A stretch of DNA of 63,868 nucleotides, filler included, from Actinomycetota bacterium (GCA_009886115.1; 4 parts of 4 records of this genome joined end to end with filler, not necessarily neighbours in it), one strand, 5' to 3'; positions 29,978 to 39,949 are shown, counted from the first letter of the whole stretch. The notes: a model not told the origin generated them from the letters alone. Numbers and translations are program-made.

Positions 29978-30025
29978 CGGTCCCTCCACCTCATCGGTCC
30001 CTCCACCTCATCAGTCCCTCCACCT
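29975..30025 (-). repeat. 17-bp triple repeat, each copy containing SD + ATG
   Basis: AGGTGGAGGGAC(T/C)GATG x3 on the minus strand. Confidence 0.85.
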
Positions 30026-30223
30026 CGGCACCCACATGCTCGATGCTCACCTGCTCGGCGCTCACCCGGTTCCGACACCGGGACCAGCAGGCCCGCCGCA
30101 CCCTACGACGATCAGGCCGGGCGCGGCTCGCCGTTCGGCGACATCGGCACGAACCGGTCGCCCGCCGTTCCCCGGCCCCGAACTTGAGATCTCCCAGATC
30201 AGCGCGTATCATCCACGACACGC

Positions 30224-30300
<77 letters not shown>

Positions 30301-30316
30301 ACGAAGTAGCAGGTCA

Positions 30317-30341
30317 GAGGCCCCGCCTGGTGCGGGGCCTC
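30317..30341 (+). terminator. Hairpin downstream of tRNA-fMet
   Basis: GAGGCCCCGC-CTGGT-GCGGGGCCTC. Confidence 0.6.
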
Positions 30342-30391
30342 GGCGCGTCCGGTTGCGTTCTACCGGGAGTTCCACCGGGTGGAACCGGTAG

Positions 30392-30491
30392 NNNNNNNNN
30401 NNNNNNNNNNNNNNNNNNNNNNNNNNNNNNNNNNNTTAATTAATTAANNNNNNNNNNNNNNNNNNNNNNNNNNNNNNNNNNNNNNNNNNNN
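30392..30491. other. Artificial contig linker
   Basis: N44-TTAATTAATTAA-N44 (stops in all six frames). Confidence 0.98.
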
Positions 30492-30492
30492 C

Positions 30493-30984
30493 CTGGCCGC
30501 GCGCTCGTTCTCGATCGTGCTCCACCAGGCCGGTCAGCTCGAACGGGCCCGCCAGATGGCGCGATCAGCCATCGAACCGGCCCGACAGGCCGGGCCGATC
30601 GCCCATTCCACAGCCCTCTGTAGTGTCGCCGCTTTCGACGCGCTCGCCGGCGACACCGACACGGCCCGAACGGCCGCCGCCGAGGCTCTGCGCATCGCCC
30701 GGGACGAAGGGATCACCGCGCAAGCGATTGGCGATGTGTTCGTCGCCGCCGCGGTCGCCGCCCACCGTAACGACATCGAGACCGCAGCCGTGCTCCTCGC
30801 CGGCGCCGCCCACCATGCCGACCGGCTCGGCGGCAGCCATAGCGCCCTGGCCCGCGCCTGCCGGGTCGAAGCCCAGGTTGCGGTCGACGCCTTCGGCGGC
30901 GACCTCACCGCCGCCCACCGGCAAGGCGCCGCCGCCATGACCCTCGACGACCTGATCACCTACGCCCTCGACACCCTCACCTGA
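30493..30984 (+). CDS. C-terminal TPR-like tail of an ATPase/regulator (partial, contig edge)
   Basis: Ala-rich helices ending AAVLLAGAA...GAAAMTLDDLITYAL, typical of actinobacterial STAND regulators. Confidence 0.6.
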   Translation: MAARSFSIVLHQAGQLERARQMARSAIEPARQAGPIAHSTALCSVAAFDALAGDTDTARTAAAEALRIARDEGITAQAIGDVFVAAAVAAHRNDIETAAVLLAGAAHHADRLGGSHSALARACRVEAQVAVDAFGGDLTAAHRQGAAAMTLDDLITYALDTLT

Positions 30985-31092
30985 ACACTTTTCGGGCGAG
31001 TAGCCAACCAGGCTGGGGGTGCGGAGCGGCCGGTCTTCACCCCTGTTTCGGGTTGAGACCGCTGGCGTTCTGTGCGGTCTCGAGGTGAGGGG

Positions 31093-31230
31093 TCAGCTCC
31101 AACCGCGACGAGGCCGGATGGTGACACCGATGCGGTGAAGCTCGTGTCGGATCGTTGTCGCGTCGACGTTGAACGTGGATGCGATTGTGGTGAGCGAGTC
31201 GCCGGCGCGGTAGCGGCGGGCGGCCGTACG
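31093..31230 (-). pseudogene. Helix-turn-helix protein remnant
   Basis: RRYRAGDSLTTIASTFNVDATTIRHELHRIGVTIRPR; no credible N-terminus. Confidence 0.5.
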
Positions 31231-31262
31231 GGTGGGGCCCCACGAGGCCACCGGGGCGCAAC

Positions 31263-32318
31263 ATGGTCGCGGCATCGCGGCTGCTCGTCGAGCTCGTGAT
31301 CAGGGAGCGCGCCGCTGCCCTCACCAACGTGGAAGTCCGGCCCACCACCGAGGTCGTGGGACTCGTCCTCTCCGACGACGGCAGGCACGTCACGGGTGTC
31401 CGTACCGAAGCCCCTTCCAGGGTCGAGCAAGCCGACCTCGTCGTCGATGCGAGCGGACGGGCCGCGCTGGCCGCGCACTGGTTGCCGGGGCTCGGATTCC
31501 CGGCTCCCGAGACCACCGAGGTCAACGCCCACTGGGGATACGCCAGCCGCTTCTACCGGCTCCCTGAGGGCGTGATCGGGCCCGTCGTCGGCGGGTTCCC
31601 TCTGGGACGGGCGGGGTCCGGTCCCCCGTCGACCCGCGGGGGCTTCCTCCTGCTCCAGGAGAACGACCCGTGGCTCGTCACGCTCTCCGGCTGCGCCAAG
31701 GACTTCCCGCCCGGCGACGAGACGGGGTTTCTCGCGTTCGCCCGGTCGCTGGCCTTCCCGCAGATCGGTGAGGTGATCCCGGTGGCCGAGGCCATCTCAC
31801 CGATTCGAACCTGGCGCAACACGGTGAATCGACGCCGTCATTTCGAGCGGGTCGCCGACCGTCCCGAAGGACTCGTGGTGATGAGCGACGCCGCGTGCGC
31901 GTTCAACCCGATCTACGGCCAGGGGATGAGCGTGGCGTCGATCGGCGCCATCGATCTGCACACCGAGCTCGAAACCCAGCGCGGGCTCGCGGGTCGGTCG
32001 ATGGTCGGCCTGGCGGGCCGGTACGCAGCTCGGTCGGCCGAGTCGATCAGATACGCCTGGGACGCCGCGTGTCGAGCCGACTACCGCGTCCCCGGCTTCG
32101 TCGGTGCGCCACCACCCGAGGGGTACCTCGATGCGCAGTCGTACTACGACCGGGTCGTCGCGCTCAGCCGCGACGACCTCGGGGTCTACGAGAAGCTGAG
32201 CGGGACCAATCAGCTCATCCACGGCCCCGAGTGGCTCGACGATCCCGACCTCCGAGCGACCGTGCGTGCCCGTTGGGACGAGCTCGGCGCGCTCATGGGC
32301 TACGAACAAGGGTCGTGA
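31263..32318 (+). pseudogene. FAD-dependent oxidoreductase/epoxidase, 5'-truncated
   Basis: ADLVVDASGR and DAACAFNPIYGQGMS present; N-terminal GxGxxG FAD motif absent. Confidence 0.7.
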
Positions 32319-32328
32319 CCGGAGCCGC

Positions 32329-33543
32329 TCAGATCCTCACGGGGAGCGCGTCGATGGTCGTGAACATCAGTGATGGTGGGGTGTACGTGACGGCGTCCTC
32401 GATGAGCTCGGAGTCGGGGCTGATGATCTCGAGTGCCTGCCGGTAGATTGCGGCCAGCTCGGCCTTGGCCAGGTTGGCGCCGAGGCAGTAGTGCGGTCCG
32501 CGGCCGAACACGATCACGTCTGACGTGTCGCGCTCGAGGTCGAGCCGGTCGGGTGCGGTGAACACGGCCGGATCGCGATGTGCGCCCAGCAACGAGAGGA
32601 ACACCGCCTGACCCTTGCGGATGGTCGCTCCGGCGATCTCGCAGTCGTCGAGCGCGTAGCGGGGGAGCGCGCCAGCTCCCACCTCGTAACGCATCAGCTC
32701 CAGCACGGCGTTGGGCATCAGGTCGGGCCGCTCGACGAGCAGCGCGAGTTGATCGCGGTTGCGCAGCAGCGACCGCAGCCCGTACGTGGAGGCGAAGGTC
32801 GTCGTGTCGGTGCCCGCCGCGATCAGAGCGAAGATGATCAGCACCACCTCGTCGTCGCTCAGCCGGTCGTCGGCGTCGTATGCAGCGACCAGGTCGGTGA
32901 CGAGGTCGTCGCGGGGCGACCGTCGGCGGTCTTCGGCGATCGCCCGTACGTAGGCGACGAGCTCTTCGGCCGCGGCGTCGACGGCGGCTCGTTCATCGTC
33001 GGCCAGCAGCGGGTTGGCCGAGCGGATCGGCGCGGAGGCCAGCTCGCGGAAGCGTCGTTCGTCGTCGCCGAGCGGCGCTACGCCCATCACCCGGCTGATG
33101 ACCGTGTTGGGGATCACCCGGGTGAAGCGGTTGGCGATGTCGACCACCTCGCCCCGGGTCGCGTCGATGCGGCCGGCGTGCTCGGCACAGACGGCGGCGA
33201 TCTGCTCGTCCATGCGCCTCACAGCGGCCGGTGTGAACGCGTGTGATGCCAGGCGACGGGTACGGGTGTGCTCGCCCCCTGTCTTGGCGAACAGGCTCGT
33301 GTTCGATGCCCATTCGGCCACCGAGCCCGGTCGAGGCGTGCGGTAGTGCTCCCACGCCCGCATGTCGTTGGTGAACGACGGATGGGTGAAGAGCTCGCTC
33401 ACCTCCCGATACGACACCACGAACCACGAGCCCACGCCGGCGAGGAAGTGCAGGGGTGCGACGTCGCGGGCTCGGGCCAGGCACGCAGCCGGGTCGTGCC
33501 GGTACTCGTCGCTCAGGGGATCGAGGATCGCCGTGTCGCCCAT
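32329..33543 (-). CDS. Cytochrome P450
   Basis: AGTDTT, ELMR (ExxR), FGRGPHYCLG. Confidence 0.95.
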   Translation of the reverse strand: MGDTAILDPLSDEYRHDPAACLARARDVAPLHFLAGVGSWFVVSYREVSELFTHPSFTNDMRAWEHYRTPRPGSVAEWASNTSLFAKTGGEHTRTRRLASHAFTPAAVRRMDEQIAAVCAEHAGRIDATRGEVVDIANRFTRVIPNTVISRVMGVAPLGDDERRFRELASAPIRSANPLLADDERAAVDAAAEELVAYVRAIAEDRRRSPRDDLVTDLVAAYDADDRLSDDEVVLIIFALIAAGTDTTTFASTYGLRSLLRNRDQLALLVERPDLMPNAVLELMRYEVGAGALPRYALDDCEIAGATIRKGQAVFLSLLGAHRDPAVFTAPDRLDLERDTSDVIVFGRGPHYCLGANLAKAELAAIYRQALEIISPDSELIEDAVTYTPPSLMFTTIDALPVRI

Positions 33544-33570
33544 GGCCGCAGACCCTAGCGAAGGCCTCGC

Positions 33571-34122
33571 TCAGGATGCCGTGGCGAGCGCCGCCAACCG
33601 GGTCACGGTGTTCCAGTTGCGAGCCGTGGCGGGCGTTCCCAACCGGTCGAAGGTGAGTTTCGACCGTCCGGCTCCATCGCCGTACCAGACGTAGATCTCT
33701 CGACCGCGCACCTCGAACTCCTCCGACGCCGACCGTCGACCGTCGAGGGCCGCGACGGCGCCGGGTTCGGGATCGCCCTTGAGGAAGACGACGTGCAGCT
33801 TGGCGGCTTCGGCCTCGTTGGCGGCGAACGGATGGGCGCTGGCGATCCGTGTCATCTCCTCGGGAGCCCGCAGCACGATCGCCGTCGCGAACCCGAACCG
33901 CTCCTCGAACGCCCGCTCCAGGTCGGCCGCGATCGCCGCCGGTGACCCAAGGCGGGCATGGGGTTCGGGTGCGAACACCGCGTTGCCGCTCTGCAGATGG
34001 GTCTGCACCTCGCTGTGGCCGAGTGCCTCGAACACGGCACGGAGCGCAGCCATCGAAACGAGGTTGCGACCACCCACGTTCACCGCCCGGAGCAGCGCCA
34101 CGTGACGCCCGGACGAGCTCAC
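33571..34122 (-). CDS. DUF1697 family protein
   Basis: VALLRAVNVGGRN, QSGN, TARNWNTV. Confidence 0.88.
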   Translation of the reverse strand: MSSSGRHVALLRAVNVGGRNLVSMAALRAVFEALGHSEVQTHLQSGNAVFAPEPHARLGSPAAIAADLERAFEERFGFATAIVLRAPEEMTRIASAHPFAANEAEAAKLHVVFLKGDPEPGAVAALDGRRSASEEFEVRGREIYVWYGDGAGRSKLTFDRLGTPATARNWNTVTRLAALATAS

Positions 34123-34257
34123 CGGCAGGGCTCCGGGAGCACGTCGGCCCCCTGCGTGCTGAGGTTGCAGTAGGTGCGGTGCGACACCAGCCACGTCCCG
34201 TCGATCAGGACCGCCTCCCGTTCTTGAGGGCCCAGCACGACGCTACCCCGACCCTTC

Positions 34258-34304
34258 AAATGTGCGCGGAAATGCTCACCCCACGCGCATTTCCGCGCAC
34301 ATTT
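34258..34304. repeat. 47-bp palindrome, second member of the REP-like family
   Basis: AAATGTGCGCGGAAATGC-N11-GCATTTCCGCGCACATTT. Confidence 0.8.
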
Positions 34305-34330
34305 CGGGAGGGGCGGGGGTGGCGGGGGCC

Positions 34331-35539
34331 TCAGACCGTGATCGGGAGGCGCAAGTAGCCGCGCACGGTGCTGGTGTAGAGCAGCTCGGACTGGTCGCGG
34401 TCGACGGTCCATGTGGGAAAACGCTTGAGGGTCTCCTCGATGCCGACTCGGCCTTCGAGGCGGGCCAAGGCCGCGCCGAGGCAGTAGTGGAGCCCGAAAC
34501 CCAGTGCCACGTGGTGGTCGAAACGCCGGTGGATGTCGAACCGGTCGGGGTCGTCGTAGGCCCGCTCGTCGCGGCCGGCCGCCCCCGTGAGGAGGATCAC
34601 CTTGGAATCCTTGGGGATCGTCTGGCCGTGGACGTCGACCGGTTCCATCGTCCAGCGGGCCTGTACGGGCGACGGGGCCTCGAAGCGCAGGAGCTCTTCG
34701 ACCGTGTTCGGGATGAGCGACCGGTCGGCGGCCAGCTCGGCCCGTTGGTCGGGATGCTCTTCGAGCACCGAGCCGAACCAGCCGAGCAGCCGCGCGACGG
34801 TCTCCGAGCCGGCGGTGAACAGCATCAGCCCGAACTCGGCCGCTGTCATCGGCGTGAGACGGTGGGTCCCCTCCTCGTCGGTGAACTCGGCGTGCACGAG
34901 GTGGCTGAGGAGGTCGTCGCGGGGTGCGGTCCGGCGCTCGTCCATGGCGGCGATCAGGTACTCGCGGAGGTCGGCGTTGGCCTTGAACGACGTCTCGTTC
35001 ATCATGCCCACGCCGTCCTCGTTGTGGAAGATGTCGTCGACGACCCGGCGCATGTAGTCACGGTCCGACGGCGGGATCCCCAGCAACGACGAGATGACGG
35101 TCGGCGGAAGCACCGCGGCGAAATCCTCGACGTAGTCGAAGGTGCCCTTGGCCGCGCCGGCGTCGAGCAGCTCCCCGGCGATCACGCGGACCCGCTCTTC
35201 GAGATGGCCGATGGCCCGGGGCGTGAACGCCCGGGCCACGAGCGAGCGGTACCGGGTGTGCTTGGGCGGGTCGAGCCAGATGAACAGCCCGGTGTCGTCG
35301 ATGGGATCGGGCCCCATCATCTCGAGGGTCGTGGTGTGGTTCGAGCTGAAACGCCCGTGGTCCTTGTGCGCCCTCTCGATGTCGGCATAGCGCGAGAGCG
35401 TCCAGAAGTCGTAGCGCTCGTTGTGGTACAGCGGCGCCTCGTCGCGTAGACGCTTCCACAGGGGATAGGGATCGTTGCGCAGCGCGGGGTCGATGGGGTC
35501 CCAGTAGAGCTCGCTCGAGGTGGATGTTGGGTTCGACAT
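34331..35539 (-). CDS. Cytochrome P450
   Basis: DPPKHTRYR, AGSET, EELLR, FGLHYCLGAALARLE. Confidence 0.95.
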   Translation of the reverse strand: MSNPTSTSSELYWDPIDPALRNDPYPLWKRLRDEAPLYHNERYDFWTLSRYADIERAHKDHGRFSSNHTTTLEMMGPDPIDDTGLFIWLDPPKHTRYRSLVARAFTPRAIGHLEERVRVIAGELLDAGAAKGTFDYVEDFAAVLPPTVISSLLGIPPSDRDYMRRVVDDIFHNEDGVGMMNETSFKANADLREYLIAAMDERRTAPRDDLLSHLVHAEFTDEEGTHRLTPMTAAEFGLMLFTAGSETVARLLGWFGSVLEEHPDQRAELAADRSLIPNTVEELLRFEAPSPVQARWTMEPVDVHGQTIPKDSKVILLTGAAGRDERAYDDPDRFDIHRRFDHHVALGFGLHYCLGAALARLEGRVGIEETLKRFPTWTVDRDQSELLYTSTVRGYLRLPITV

Positions 35540-35653
35540 CGAGATCTCGACCACGGTTGCTCCTCGTTCTGGTTCTCGGTTCAGGCGGTCACCATCAATG
35601 GACACGGCAAGTCAACCACGCCGAGGAGTGCCGACGAGCGAGCGCCACGCAGC

Positions 35654-36532
35654 TCACTCGTAGGCGTGCAGGACGGGAGGCAGCTCGCCGCGGCCGATGG
35701 CCTCGGCTCGGTCGTGCAACAACGCCGTGATCGTCTCGAGGCCGTGGCTGATCACGAAACGGCCCTCCTTGATGCCGGCGATGGCGAACCGGCCGAGCTC
35801 GAGCACGTCCATCGTCTGAAGGGGCCGCCCGGCCTTGGCCATGGCCTCCTTGAACTCGGCGATGGTGGTCATGGGCGCCGCCGGCCGGGGACGGACCCGA
35901 GCCAACGCCTCGGGACGGTTGCGCTGCGCCGTCCAGAGCCCCGTCTCGAGCAACCCGCCGGAGGGATAGAAGACGCACGCCCTCACGTTGGTGGCCTGGG
36001 AGATCAGGTTGTGCGCCAGAGCCTCGGTGAAGCACGACACGGCGGCCTTGCTCGCGGCGTACACCGATGCGTTGGGAACGGGAGCGAAACCGCCGTCGCC
36101 CGACGACGTGTTGACCACCAGCCCCTCGTCGCCGGTGGCGATCATCCGAGGGACGAAGGCCAACGTGCAGTTGGCAACCCCGAAGACGTTGACCGAAAAG
36201 CACCAGCGCCAGTCGTTGGGCTCCTGCTCCCACGGAAGCCCGCCCCCGCCCGAGGTGACCCCGGCGTTGTTGAACAGGAGGTTGCAGGTTCCGTAGCGGT
36301 CGAACACCGCGTCGACGAGCGCTTCGACGGAGGCCTCGTCGGCCACGTCGGTGACGATCCCCGAGACCTCACCCCGGTCGGCGAGGTCGCGCAGCGCCGC
36401 ATCGAGCACCGGCCGTTCGATGTCGGCGATGACGACCCGGGCTCCTTCACCGAGCAGGGCCTCGACGAGGCGCCGGCCGACGCCGTTGGCCCCACCGGTC
36501 ACGACGGCGACCTTCCCGTGTAGGTCTCTCAC
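35654..36532 (-). CDS. SDR family oxidoreductase
   Basis: TGGANGVG, NNAG, NTSS, YAASK. Confidence 0.93.
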   Translation of the reverse strand: MRDLHGKVAVVTGGANGVGRRLVEALLGEGARVVIADIERPVLDAALRDLADRGEVSGIVTDVADEASVEALVDAVFDRYGTCNLLFNNAGVTSGGGGLPWEQEPNDWRWCFSVNVFGVANCTLAFVPRMIATGDEGLVVNTSSGDGGFAPVPNASVYAASKAAVSCFTEALAHNLISQATNVRACVFYPSGGLLETGLWTAQRNRPEALARVRPRPAAPMTTIAEFKEAMAKAGRPLQTMDVLELGRFAIAGIKEGRFVISHGLETITALLHDRAEAIGRGELPPVLHAYE

Positions 36533-36750
36533 GGATCTCCCCTGTGCGGACGCCCTGTGGCCCCGGCCTGTCGTCCCGCACGCTATCGGGGCCGAACCGG
36601 GGCTGCCCGACGCCACTCTTGGGGGGATTCACCCGGTGCCTTTGTGGCCCGGCGGCTGGACGGGAGCACGGCTGGTGGGGTTGTCTGGTGTGCCGGGTTG
36701 CGGCGGGATCGACCACCCACCGAGGTCACGCCCGGCCTGAGGGGCCCACC

Positions 36751-37602
36751 ATGAGACGGAGTTCGGCGATCATCGCCGCCGCGGGAATGGCGCTCGTGCT
36801 CGGCTCCTGCGCCGTGGTGCCCGTCGCCACCCCGGAGAACAGCGGAGGCTCCGATGCCCCCGCCGAGTCCCCGGCTCCCCCTGAGCCTGCGCCCGCCCCG
36901 CCGGAGCCCGTCCCCGCTCCCCCCGAACCCGCGCCGACTCCGCCGCAACCCGCGCCGGTTCCTCCCGAGCCTGCGCCGCCACCCCCGACGACCACGACGG
37001 CGCCACCACCGACCACCACGACCACGACTGCCTCTGGCCGGGGAACCGGTCCCGTCGGTGTCGTCGGGTGCTCGATCACCGAAGACGCCATGGCGGGCTA
37101 CGTCGCGGTCGGCGGAACACGCTTGTGGGCCGATCCCAGCCCGGCCACGGGCAGCTACGGCTACGGCCTCGGGTTCGTCGATCGGTGGGCCGATCCGAAT
37201 GGCGTGGGTGGCTATCTCTGGTCGATGTTCGACCAGATGGCGCGAGCCACGCCGACAGCCATCTGGTGGCAGCTGTGCATGGATCTCTCGCCGGCCAAGC
37301 CCACCGTCGAGGGCACCCACGCCCAGGCGGTCACGACGATCGGATTGCTCCGGAACCGATTCCCCGGCACGCCGGTCTTCGTGTCGGCGTTTCCCTCGTA
37401 CGACCCCCCGTTGCACTGTGGCTACGACGAGTTCACGTGGATCGCCAACCAGGTCGTGGCCCGGTTGATCGCCGACGGGGTGGCATCAGCCGGCCCGGTG
37501 CTCAGCCCACTCGACGTCGACACGCAGCTGCGCGATTGGTGTCACCCCAACACCGTGGGCATCACCAACTGGGGGAACCAGCTCCGATCCTTCTTCGGCT
37601 GA
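36751..37602 (+). CDS. Lipoprotein with Pro/Thr linker and SGNH-like domain
   Basis: Lipobox LGSC; PEPAP repeats; VGCSIT and DWCHP motifs. Confidence 0.65.
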   Translation: MRRSSAIIAAAGMALVLGSCAVVPVATPENSGGSDAPAESPAPPEPAPAPPEPVPAPPEPAPTPPQPAPVPPEPAPPPPTTTTAPPPTTTTTTASGRGTGPVGVVGCSITEDAMAGYVAVGGTRLWADPSPATGSYGYGLGFVDRWADPNGVGGYLWSMFDQMARATPTAIWWQLCMDLSPAKPTVEGTHAQAVTTIGLLRNRFPGTPVFVSAFPSYDPPLHCGYDEFTWIANQVVARLIADGVASAGPVLSPLDVDTQLRDWCHPNTVGITNWGNQLRSFFG

Positions 37603-37614
37603 CGAACCGGCGGT

Positions 37615-37672
37615 CACGCTGCGCCGACCGGCTCACGCTGCGCCGACCGGCCCACGCTCGCCGACCGGCTCA
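37615..37672. repeat. 18-19-bp tandem repeat CACGCTGCGCCGACCGGCT x3
   Basis: Directly visible between convergent genes. Confidence 0.75.
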
Positions 37673-38905
37673 CGGCGAGCCGTGGAAGCGGGCGTCGCCG
37701 TAGGAGAAGATGCCGCCGTCGGTGGCGACGAGCCAGTAGCCGTTGCCTGTGGGGGTGGGGGCCATGCCGACGATGGGTTGGTTGAGTTTGATGTTGCCGG
37801 TGGAGCCGTGGAAGCGGGCGTCGCCGTAGCTGAAGATGCCGCCGTCGGTGGCGACGAGCCACAGGCCGCGGGCAGTCGGGGTCCTCGTCGCGGTGGCGAT
37901 GGGTTGGCTCAGCGACGAGCCGGTGGCGGGGAAGGGCATGGCGTCACCGAAGGCCGCGATCGTCGCGTCACCCTCGATCGACCAGTAGCCGTTGCCGCTC
38001 GGCGTCGCCACGAGCGCGACGGTCCGGGTTGCGCTGGCCGGTGTGGTGATCGTGGTCGTGATCCACGACGTGCTCGCCGAGACCTTGGTGTACGCAGCGG
38101 CGGCGTCGCAGGGTCCGAAGCTCGTGACACCGACGGCGACGTACTGGCCGTCGATCGTGCGGGCGAGCAGCGGCCCCCCGCTGTCGCCGAGGCACGTGTT
38201 GCGCGTGGCTGTGCCGGCGCAGACCATCAGCTCGGCGACGAACGCGGTTCCCAGCGTCGACACGCACGCCGCACCCGGTTGGATCGGCAGCGTCGTCTGC
38301 TGCAGGCGGGACGGGTAGTCGCCGATCGCCGGGACGATCGCTGTCGCTCCCCAACCCAGCGTGGTGGCGACCGTTCCCGGGCTCGTCAGATCGGCATCGT
38401 CGACGCCGGCGATGCGGACGGGCGACGAACCCGAAGGTTGGCGGGCCAGCTCGACCAGGGCGAGGTCGTTGACCTGGGTTTGGGGGTCGTACCCGGGGTG
38501 GATGACGATCCGGTTCACACCGACGCGGTCGCCGCTCCCCGCCACGAGGGTGACGGTCCCGGCCAGAACCTGAAGATCGCCAGGGGTCGCATCGTCGACG
38601 CAGTGGCCCGCAGTGAGCACCCACGTCGGACCGATCAGCGAACCCCCGCAGAACTGGCCTTGGAGCGGGCTGGCGATCCGGGCATCGATCAACGCCACCA
38701 TCGCGGGCCAGGTGTCGGACGCCGCCGCGGTCCCTCCGATGATCGCCGTCTCGACCTCAGGGCCCACCACCGGGCCGGTCGCACGCTCGATTCCGGGCCC
38801 GAGGACCGGCGCTGCGCTCGCCGTCCGGGCCGCTGCGTCGGTGGCGGCGAGCCCGATGGCCGCGACGAGCACGAGCCCCATACTCAGCCGCTGACTCAGA
38901 CGCAC
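37670..38905 (-). CDS. Secreted trypsin-like (S1) serine protease with C-terminal DGG repeats
   Basis: IIGG, CGGSLI, TAGHC, NDLAL, GDSGGP; tail GYWLVATDGGIFSYGDARFHGS; AGGAG SD before GTG. Confidence 0.92.
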   Translation of the reverse strand: MRLSQRLSMGLVLVAAIGLAATDAAARTASAAPVLGPGIERATGPVVGPEVETAIIGGTAAASDTWPAMVALIDARIASPLQGQFCGGSLIGPTWVLTAGHCVDDATPGDLQVLAGTVTLVAGSGDRVGVNRIVIHPGYDPQTQVNDLALVELARQPSGSSPVRIAGVDDADLTSPGTVATTLGWGATAIVPAIGDYPSRLQQTTLPIQPGAACVSTLGTAFVAELMVCAGTATRNTCLGDSGGPLLARTIDGQYVAVGVTSFGPCDAAAAYTKVSASTSWITTTITTPASATRTVALVATPSGNGYWSIEGDATIAAFGDAMPFPATGSSLSQPIATATRTPTARGLWLVATDGGIFSYGDARFHGSTGNIKLNQPIVGMAPTPTGNGYWLVATDGGIFSYGDARFHGSP

Positions 38906-39059
38906 GCCCGCTCCTGGGTGGGGATCGACGACGGTGTCACCGATACCACGGACGGGCACTCGAGCCCGCCCGTTCGGTGATCACGTGATGACGCAGCGTA
39001 GCTCGACCGGATCGGGCCCTTGGCCTGCCGCTGCGCTCGTCCAGACGGCCGAGACGCGT

Positions 39060-39797
39060 CTAGCGGTCGATGCGATGGATGGTGACCGTGTGCTCGAGTT
39101 CACCATCCCCGATGGTGACCCGGATGGTCTTGCGGAAGGTCGCGTTCGTGAAGCTCACGGTGATCGCGGCTGGGCCGGGGTCTCTGATCTCGGCTGCATA
39201 GTCGCCGGCCGCTCTCACCGAGGCGAGCGCGACACTCGTGCCGTCGAAGCTGACGTCGATCGACCCACCGGCAGTGCTGAACGTGTGGATCACGCTGGTG
39301 GAAGCGGTCGTGGGGGCCTCGGGAGGAGGGGGCTGGGCGACGAGGGCCGCTGCGGTGCTCGAGGTCGCCGAGGGCTGTGACTCCTCGGTCGGCGCGCTCG
39401 GCGGCGCGACGACGGCGGCTGGGGCCGTGGCTGCGGTCGTCGTGGTGGTGGCGGCCCGGGGTCGGCCCGCCGAGCCCAGCGCGAGGCTGCTCGCCGCGGG
39501 GGGTGCGAGGGTCGTCGGCGAGACGGTCGTCGTGGTCGTCGGGGGCATCGTGGTGGTGGTGGCCGCGGCGCTCGACGGCGACGGCGACGACGAGACATCG
39601 ACGGCCAGGGTCGTCGCCGTCGTGGTGCTGATCGCCGCGAGCCGACGGATCTCGGCCTTGACAGCGCTCTGCGACATGGCGTTGGGCCGATTCTCGACGA
39701 ACTGGCCGTCGACGAGCGCCACGCCCTGGAGAGCGAGACCCACCGCGAGCACGGCCCCCACCATCCAGGTGATCACGAGGAGTGACGTCTTGCGCAC
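39060..39797 (-). CDS. Hypothetical membrane-anchored Thr/Pro/Ala-rich protein
   Basis: N-terminal TM helix, low-complexity stalk, C-terminal beta-rich domain (GGSIDV). Confidence 0.65.
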   Translation of the reverse strand: MRKTSLLVITWMVGAVLAVGLALQGVALVDGQFVENRPNAMSQSAVKAEIRRLAAISTTTATTLAVDVSSSPSPSSAAATTTTMPPTTTTTVSPTTLAPPAASSLALGSAGRPRAATTTTTAATAPAAVVAPPSAPTEESQPSATSSTAAALVAQPPPPEAPTTASTSVIHTFSTAGGSIDVSFDGTSVALASVRAAGDYAAEIRDPGPAAITVSFTNATFRKTIRVTIGDGELEHTVTIHRIDR

Positions 39798-39949
39798 CAA
39801 TCACCAACATTTCGATGTGCGGCTGGCAAGCGCGAAGCGTTCTCGCTCCGCCCGCCCGTGGCAGTCCAGGCAGGCTACCCTGTTCACAAGCCCCAGTGCA
39901 TCGCCGGGGTCGGTCCCACACCGCGAGACCACCGACCACCGGAGTTGGA

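Noticed and set aside
30392..30491. TTAATTAATTAA palindromes within N runs (also at 49075 and 58571)
   Set aside because: Identical artificial linkers; not biological, and synteny across them is meaningless.
30493..30984. TPR tail as the missing 3' end of the cyclase at 62712-63531
   Set aside because: Different contigs, the cyclase is truncated mid-contig, and such regulators are multi-copy; no link can be shown.
36585..36640. c-di-AMP (ydaO) riboswitch-like words GAACCGGGG...TTGGGG
   Set aside because: The conserved 3' half (GTCAGCTAAC region) is missing.
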